From: the human T2T-CHM13v2.0 reference genome, Homo sapiens
DNA: 64,000 nucleotides
Assembly (NCBI RefSeq): GCF_009914755.1
Contig: NC_060928.1
Direction: 5' to 3' (one strand)
Part shown: piece after piece, positions 56,061 through 64,000 of the stretch
How the letters are laid out: every line of letters starts with the position of its first letter
How positions within the stretch are numbered: position 1 is the stretch's first letter
Position numbers and translations under genes: made by a program
The notes under the pieces: generated by a model
The model's database searches: none
What the model was told of the DNA's origin: nothing
The model's input: the letters and a program-made list of their open reading frames with translations, nothing else

Positions 56061-58933
56061 TTTTTTTTTTTTTGAAATGGAGTCTCACTCTGTCACCCAG
56101 CCTGGGGTGCAGTGGCGCAATCTCCACTCACTGCAACCTCTGCCTCCCAGGTTCAGACGATTCTTCTGCCTCAGCCTCCTGAGTAGCTAGGATTACAGGC
56201 ATGCACCACCACACCCAGCTAATTTTTCCTTTGTATTTTTTTCTTTTTTCTTTTTACTCTTGAAATACAGAATTTTATTTAGAAACTGTTTAAAGTAGAA
56301 AAAAACCCTGTCAAGAAAGACCAGGTGGAAAATGGGTTCCCAAAAAATGTAATTTTAGGGCAACGAAAGTCTAAAAGGCCACAAAAGAGAAATAGCACCA
56401 CTGTCATTTGAACAATGGCTAGTTACTTGCATTTTTTGGCATTGTTAATCTCTGAATCTGGGTTTTCCTCTGAATTCCACACAGAGCATGCACTACACAA
56501 CAATTTTATCAGAAAATGCTTTCTTTCTACACACATTTTAAGACAAGCTACCACCAGAAACAAATCAATATAAATACATCAGGGGCTGAACAATCTCAAT
56601 AGTGGGTGAGACACATTTTGCAGAATCCTGCCAAACAAAGGAACTGAAAAGACTGTGGGCAAAGCAAATGAGGGAAAGTTAAAGAATGAAATATTTTAAA
56701 TATTAATAATTAATTCAGACATGATACTGTATTTTCTGCAAAAGAAAATTAACATTTAGCAACACACTAATGAACTTTATCTCCAAAGAGATTAGTGCAC
56801 TGGCAAAGTATGCAGATTACAGTGGAGAGCTGTGGACAGCACATACCGAAAACACCCCAGTCTTGCAGATCCCAAGGTAACAATGGCCTTCATTGACCAC
56901 TCCCTTTGCCAGAGGTCCAGAAAACTTGCAGCATGGTCACCTGCATGCTTCACTTCCATCTCTAAGCAGCAAACTTCAAGGAGCCAAAGAGGAGTCCCCA
57001 GTGGGAAAGGGGAGCAGAGAAGAGAAAGATGGTAAATGCAAACCTAAAAGACAGTAAAATGGGATACAATCCCCATTCAAATCCCAGAGATGTGGGCAAG
57101 TTCCCAAAAGTAGTTTTTAGACCAAAAAAACTGGACACACCTCACTTCCCCAAAAATATAATACATAGAAATTTTGGGGATAACTGGAAAAATAGAGAAA
57201 TGCTCAGTGAAAACCAAGCTCTTCACCTCGAACATCTCAGGGCTGAAACACATCCTCTATTATCCAGTCAACAATGCCTCTTGCTTTTTAGCAGGGATGC
57301 AATTGGTCAATGGCACCAAATGGCTTTACAGGGCAACTTTTTAAATGTTCCTTTTAGACCAAAGCCTAGGCCTATGAGGATTCAAGCAGCCCTCTAAGAC
57401 TTGTGACAGCAAGTTCCAAAGGTTCCAAGGTCTGGTCCTTCCTTCCCAGATACAACATCAAACGCAAAATCCTCTGTCATGTTACATTTTGTATTTTGAA
57501 ATATGGAAGCATATTTTAAATACTCATAAGGCATTTATTTATTACAACATTCTCCGATTTCACATTAGCTTAAAATTCAATTCAGTCTTTCCATTTCTCC
57601 ACTAAGGTCGCCGCCTCAGCATATTACACAACACCTTCTCCAGCACTCAGTGTGACCCGCATCCACAGGGTAAGCCCCAACGTCAGCCTCTTTGTTTCCC
57701 AGGTGAACCAACTAGATGTTAATACTGCTCTGCTACAATGTAAACGCTCCTAATTCAAACTTATTTGAAAAGGAGTGAAACGTCTGCAAAGTGCACTTTA
57801 AGAAGAGGTACTTTTTGCTTATGAAAAGAAACCAGTGAGTCCTCTAAGGATAATAAAAGGGAGTATTTTACAGTTAAGCACATTATTTGGAGTGAAGAAT
57901 TTGGATGTTGCTCTGCTGGTCCAGGCTGTTAATACTCTTTTTGTTCCTCCTGTGTGCCGCCTTCATCAGGTATCACAAAGCCTTCATCTGTGGCATACAG
58001 AATGTCTACAGTCCTCTGCAATACAGGGTTGTTTTCCCCCTCATTCTCCTGGCAAATCAATTCAATGTTCCGTAGCTTTCCGAAGTAGAAATCCTTCTTT
58101 CTCCAAGTTTTCAACAGTAAATTTCAATACGTTGACCTGCCGCATCAACTCAGCTGCCTCGTCATTCCCATTGCCCACACCAGGGTTCTTTCACACCACG
58201 CCAGGGCCAGTCTTAGGAGCCACAGCAGTTCTCTGTGTTGAGATGGGCATCTGGGGAGTTGCATTGCTAGAACTTGGGTTTATTCGGAGCTGGAGCAAGG
58301 AGGGAGTGAGCCACTGCAATTTCTTGACCTTGTCTGGCAGCCACAGGGTCATAGATTTTTCCATCATAGTTTGCATCAAAAAACTTCTTGAACCACTGAA
58401 CAAATTCAAAATTGTCCTGAAACTTTCCTTTTACTGATTTGTCGACAGGAATTATTTTGTCAACACCCAGCTTCTTAAAACCTGCTTGTAGTATTTTGAA
58501 GTTCTGGATGCACTCATGTTCTAGCTTAGCCTGGAATTTTACTTTCTTCAAGTCAATGGAGCCAGGGAACAGCATGTCCATAAACTGACAATATCCAGTT
58601 TATGGATATTGAGAACAACTGTTTGATCTTTGTCAGATTCAACTGCAGAGACTCATTGATCCAGGCCAGCACGTCATGATGACTTAGGTTATCACTGGTC
58701 ACTGACGTTAAGTATACATTCACTGCCATCTTCGGCTCTCGCGTCCGCTGCCCTCACCCGGCTCCAGTTTCTTCATCTCATTCAAACTGCCAGACGCCGC
58801 CCTTTTTGTATTTTTAGTAGAGATGGGTTTTCACCATGTTGGTCAGGCTGATCTTGAACTCCTGACCTCATGACCCGCCCACTTAGGCCTCCCAAAGTGC
58901 TGGGATTACAGGCATGAGCCACCGTGCCTGCCC
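56061..58933 (-). mobile_element. AluS (Sc/Sg-like) split in its central linker (arms 56061-56240 and 58801-58933)
   Basis: The right arm and left arm of one Alu flank the pseudogene; outer TSD tataatttt on both sides. Confidence 0.92.
56241..58800 (-). pseudogene. MAPRE1P: Processed pseudogene of MAPRE1 (EB1, microtubule plus-end binding protein) with 5' UTR, disrupted CDS (58729-57929), long 3' UTR and poly(A) remnant
   Basis: Intronless; translates [16 protein letters not shown]..., [23 protein letters not shown]...[39 protein letters not shown]...EEQKEY*; three frameshifts and one in-frame TGA; AATAAA at 56279-56274; TSD tttgtattttt. The numbered locus (P1/P2/P3) was not determined. Confidence 0.97.
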
Positions 58934-59556
58934 TTTATAATTTTCTTGTAGCTATTTTTTAAAATCTTCTTACTCTTAGCTAACGATAATTAAATATTTA
59001 AAGGTTAAAATGTAATAATTCCTGAAAACTAGCCTCATACATTAAAGAAAGAAATGTATATTATACACATGCTGAACATACATACACACATATGCATACA
59101 ATATATACATATGAGAGAGAGAGAAATATCATAAAGGAAATAAGCTAGTAATTTTTAAAACTGTACAAAGGAGATTTTATTTTTGCAACCTGTACAAAGT
59201 TTGAAATTGTTCCAAAATAAAAATGTAAACTAATTACTAACTGGTTTCAGTTGTGTTAAAACTAAATTTTCATTCCTTTAATATTTTATTTCATATGAGG
59301 GACTTTGAGAGTAAAGAAATGGTGAAAATATTAGAGATAAAGGTTAATTATTGGTGTCAGAAAGAAGAGAGAGGAGCCAGGTTCTGGATATAAAAATGAG
59401 TGGAAATTTCCAGTAAACAACAACAACAAAAAGTTATGAGCACGGGAGGAGGAGGGAGATGGAAAGGAAAGGCCATAATAAAGAATTTTGTCCTGGAGCA
59501 CAAAGGATTAGAAAAGGGATTCAGGATTTATTGAGGCCGTTTAAAAAGTGAGTTTT

Positions 59557-59943
<387 letters not shown>

Positions 59944-60708
59944 TCACATGGAAAACGAAAATTGTATTTTTCTAACTGAATCTTATTACGTACACTCAAT
60001 TGTCAGTTTCACTTATTTAAAAATTTCAGTTTGGGGTTTCTCAGTCCATTCAAGTTTCTCCCTTTTCACCTGCTCTTTTTCCTTCATTGTGATCCAAACA
60101 CATGGCAGTGAAACAGGAGGAACTGAGAAGAATCAATAGACAAAATTGGAGGAGGGAACTCTGATACTCTTTTTATTTAAAATGAATTTTGGTTTGAGAA
60201 ACCCTCTGTTCTCAACTCTTCAGGCTTTATTCCCACAGCACACGCTGCTGTGTCACTGTCTCTCTCACAGTCTCCCAAATATTCATGACATTGACTTTGT
60301 TTTCAGAGTGCAAACCAGTTGTTTTAGAGACAACCTATCAGGCCATTGAGGTTTTTATTTCTCTTCATCTGACACAAGGACACTCTAGTGCCACTGGCTT
60401 ACCCTCAGACTTCCTTGATTATTTTAGAGACATGTGACGTTATGTAATAATCCATTACACCCACAGCATCATTAGTTGCTGTGCAGGGATTAGGGGGCGG
60501 TATCTCAGATGCTTTTGGAACAAACACATTTTTTTTCTCTACTGTAACTTATTTATGTACTGGGGAAAGTAGATACCTTCATTTATGATGTTGTGGTCTT
60601 TTTTGTTCTTCCCTTTTCTATGTATTCCTTCTAGGGATATGCCTAGATTACTTCCTTTTGGTTGAAAATCTGCTCTTCTGTAATCAGCATATCCCTCCCC
60701 CACCCCCA

Positions 60709-60764
60709 ACACACAGTAAACACACACACAAGCACACACACACACACACATGCACACACACACA
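60709..60764. repeat. Imperfect (CA)n microsatellite
   Basis: Read directly. Confidence 0.85.
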
Positions 60765-61874
60765 TCCGTTTATTTAAAGTGTAAACTATGCTCTGATCCA
60801 CCATATTCTTATTCTTTTGGAAAAAAAAAAAGAAACCTTTTTCATTCTCAAAATCTTAGTGCTTGAAAATCTAAAGTCACATGACTTATCAGATATATGT
60901 TCCCACTTTTTGAACTTTACAAAATCTGTTAATATATTCAATAACTTTTTTTTTCTTTCTTTTCTTTTTTATGTGTGTTTTTCCTTTCCTGGAAAAAATA
61001 AAATCTCTTCACCGATGGCAAGCATTGATCCAGTGAGGACTAGGAAGAAAAGTATCAGAAATGGCAGCTGTAAAATTCTTTTATATTACCAGAGTTTTAT
61101 CTCACTTCACAATTTAGCATCTAGTTCCTCTTTATGCTATCAATGCATTTGCGCGCTCCTACTTTGTGCCAGAAAATATTCAGGGCAAATCTGGGTGGAT
61201 AAACCATAGTTTCTCTCCTCTTGGTATCCATGGCAAACACAGAGGAAAAATATGTTCATAGTACCTTAAAAGATGAATCTTAAACTAATCAGATTTGTGG
61301 AGCACTGTTGGGGTCAGCTTAGGAGGACTTCCAGAGGAATTCTGATGATACTATGGACTTCAACCAAGACTGTGCTGGAGCAGCCACTGCACCCTAAGCA
61401 GGGCTTGCTTATTATGGACGTTTCTTATAATCCATAAGATATAAGTCTTCAGAGTTTGTTTCATCAACCTACCTCTGAGCACTACTGTACAGCAGTGATC
61501 GAAGCACAGCCACCAGAAAGACAGTCCTGTAGTATAACTGATCTGGCAACATTGAAACAATATTCATCATATCACAGCTCAACTGAGCTGCCACGTGTGC
61601 AGAAAATAGAAGATGGCAGGATATCCAACTGCTGCTGTAAAGTGAGTTGAAATGGGGGTAATTACAAGCAGAGAGGGCAGCAGAAACATGTTAAGGATTC
61701 ACAGAAGCACAGCCTCAAGCAATGTAGCATAACTGAATATATGAGAAGGGGCATGCTGCTGAAGAAATGAAAGAAGAAACTTGCTCTTTAAAAATCTATT
61801 TCTGATGACACTGGACACAGTGTTATATAGTTATATAGCTATATGCTGCTCTATTGGTTTCTAATTTTAAATAA

Positions 61875-62338
<464 letters not shown>

Positions 62339-64000
62339 TAACATTCTGTTAATTTCTTAAGAGCTGATGCAAGTTAATTTGGCAGGGCAAGTTGTATATT
62401 TATACACGGAGAGACACACACATTATGCACACTTGAGATTGTGAAATATTATTATGGCAAAAATCAGGAAAGAACCCAAGAAATAAAAGAATGAAGTTAA
62501 GAGAGTTCTTTTGCTTATATTGTCACGGCATTCCCACAAAGTAATGAACTTACTATTTGAGGGTGGCTCATGAAAATCATTCTCATTATTTCAGTCATGT
62601 ATATGTATTTATTCAATTTATTCAACAAGTATTTACCCTGTGTGGTATGCATATATCACGCTACTCACACCTGGAGACAAGGGATATAGACAGAGGATAT
62701 TGACATGAATGATAAGAGCTTTTGCTTTTCCTTCCAGATTTTTAACTCTGGGTAGGTAAAGGGAGTACACTTATTTCCATGCAGGCAGTATTGCTCACTC
62801 CATATAGCAAGAAGTACTTAGCTCTCACAGACTAAAATTCTGGCAAACATCCACTGAACCTTAGAGCAACTTCCTGAATCAAAATGACTCTAGATATAGA
62901 ATCAACAGGACATCATTATAATGAAAGTATCCTTTTCATTTTTTTCCCTGCCTGTAGAAAATTTTGTGACAAAGGTGAGCTAAAAGGTTGGAAATGTAAG
63001 AAAATGTAAGGGAATTAAACAGCAAGTAAATAATTTGAAGTGATAATTTAATTTAAAAGGATTATAATGGCACATGGAGGCTCTTCAAGGTCAATTCTTT
63101 AGATAGTTCAATTTCAGTGTTTTTTTTTTAGCTGATTCGATTGAGGTCATTTACAATTTTGCAAGTTGGCTTTTTTTATTCTCAAAAGAATTCATGAGGT
63201 ACAGTTTAATTGAACTACCTGGGAAGACAGTGAATTTGATTATAAGCACACATAGACAACTACTCAGTTTATGTTAGCCAAACGCTATTCACTTCAGTGA
63301 TGCTTTTATGCACATACCAAGTTCCTTAGTAGCTGTGTAGTCATTGTCTTAGTGGAAACATTTATTAATTCCTACTGAAGAGAAGTATTATTGAAGAAGA
63401 GAAGGAAACAAGGGAAGGTGTGGTTTCCTCCTATCTGACTGTAACTCAAGGGACTTTGTTTTCAGGAGCTTTGAATTATCTGCAAAGCATAAAACTTTCA
63501 TATTCTTTTTAATAAGTTGGATTATTTTCATTTCCTAATAAAACTTATTTCCATCTCAGTACAGGGTGAACTTTTCAGATTCTGCAAAGATCAAAGGTCG
63601 AGGCTCTAAATCATTCTTTTTTTGAAAGTCAGTTTCCATGGCTTGTGGGTTTTACTATTCAGTCTACAGTGGACAGGTTTCATTGCTTCATGGTGCTAAA
63701 GAAATAGAATTTTTAAGAACCTAAAATGCTAAGGGGACAAAAATCACTGTTTAGAGAACTGAATTGTTATTTCCTTGCTTGCTATTCTTATTAATTACTC
63801 ATTTACTTATGCACAGAGGAATAATTTTTTTATTTCATCCCACAAATTCATACAGAAAAACTCTGCTTTGGAATGGAATACTTAGAGTAAAAACCATCAT
63901 TCATATAAACACTTATTCTTGGGTTTCATGTTTATGTCGCTTAAAAGAGATTGCCATCCCTGAGTAAACCAGACAATAAGTCAGAAACTGTCAGCTTTAT

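Noticed and set aside
57029-57397. 122-aa + strand ORF
   Set aside because: Antisense to the MAPRE1 3' UTR copy; no recognisable domain
57835-58437. 200-aa + strand ORF, the longest in the window
   Set aside because: Antisense shadow of the MAPRE1 pseudogene CDS with a non-ATG start; no independent protein signature
62720-62760. Possible 14-nt microexon (ttccttccAG ... GG|GTAGGT)
   Set aside because: Not frame-preserving, adjacent to an L2 remnant, no supporting gene structure

Overview
This window is AT-rich primate (human-like) genomic DNA, intergenic or deep intronic. I found no intact protein-coding gene, RNA gene or prokaryote-type system. It is dominated by interspersed repeats: about 13 Alu/FLAM pieces, three large L1 fragments (14.2-16.5 kb +, 27.3-30.6 kb -, 49.0-53.2 kb +), L2 and MIR fossils, MaLR/ERVL/ERV1 LTRs and small DNA transposons. 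The one gene-derived feature is a near full-length processed pseudogene of MAPRE1 (EB1) on the - strand (about 56241-58800). It retrotransposed into the central A-rich linker of an AluS and carries an unusual template-switch inverted-repeat frameshift. A heavily decayed ERVL pol (RT/RNase H/integrase) at about 31.2-33.9 kb, invisible in the ORF track, is split by an MLT1 LTR. Other observations are nested insertions, local duplications, hairpins and a candidate spliced non-coding exon pair. Repeat subfamily names were assigned by eye from remembered consensus sequences and need RepeatMasker/Dfam confirmation. I cannot support a novel biological system here.
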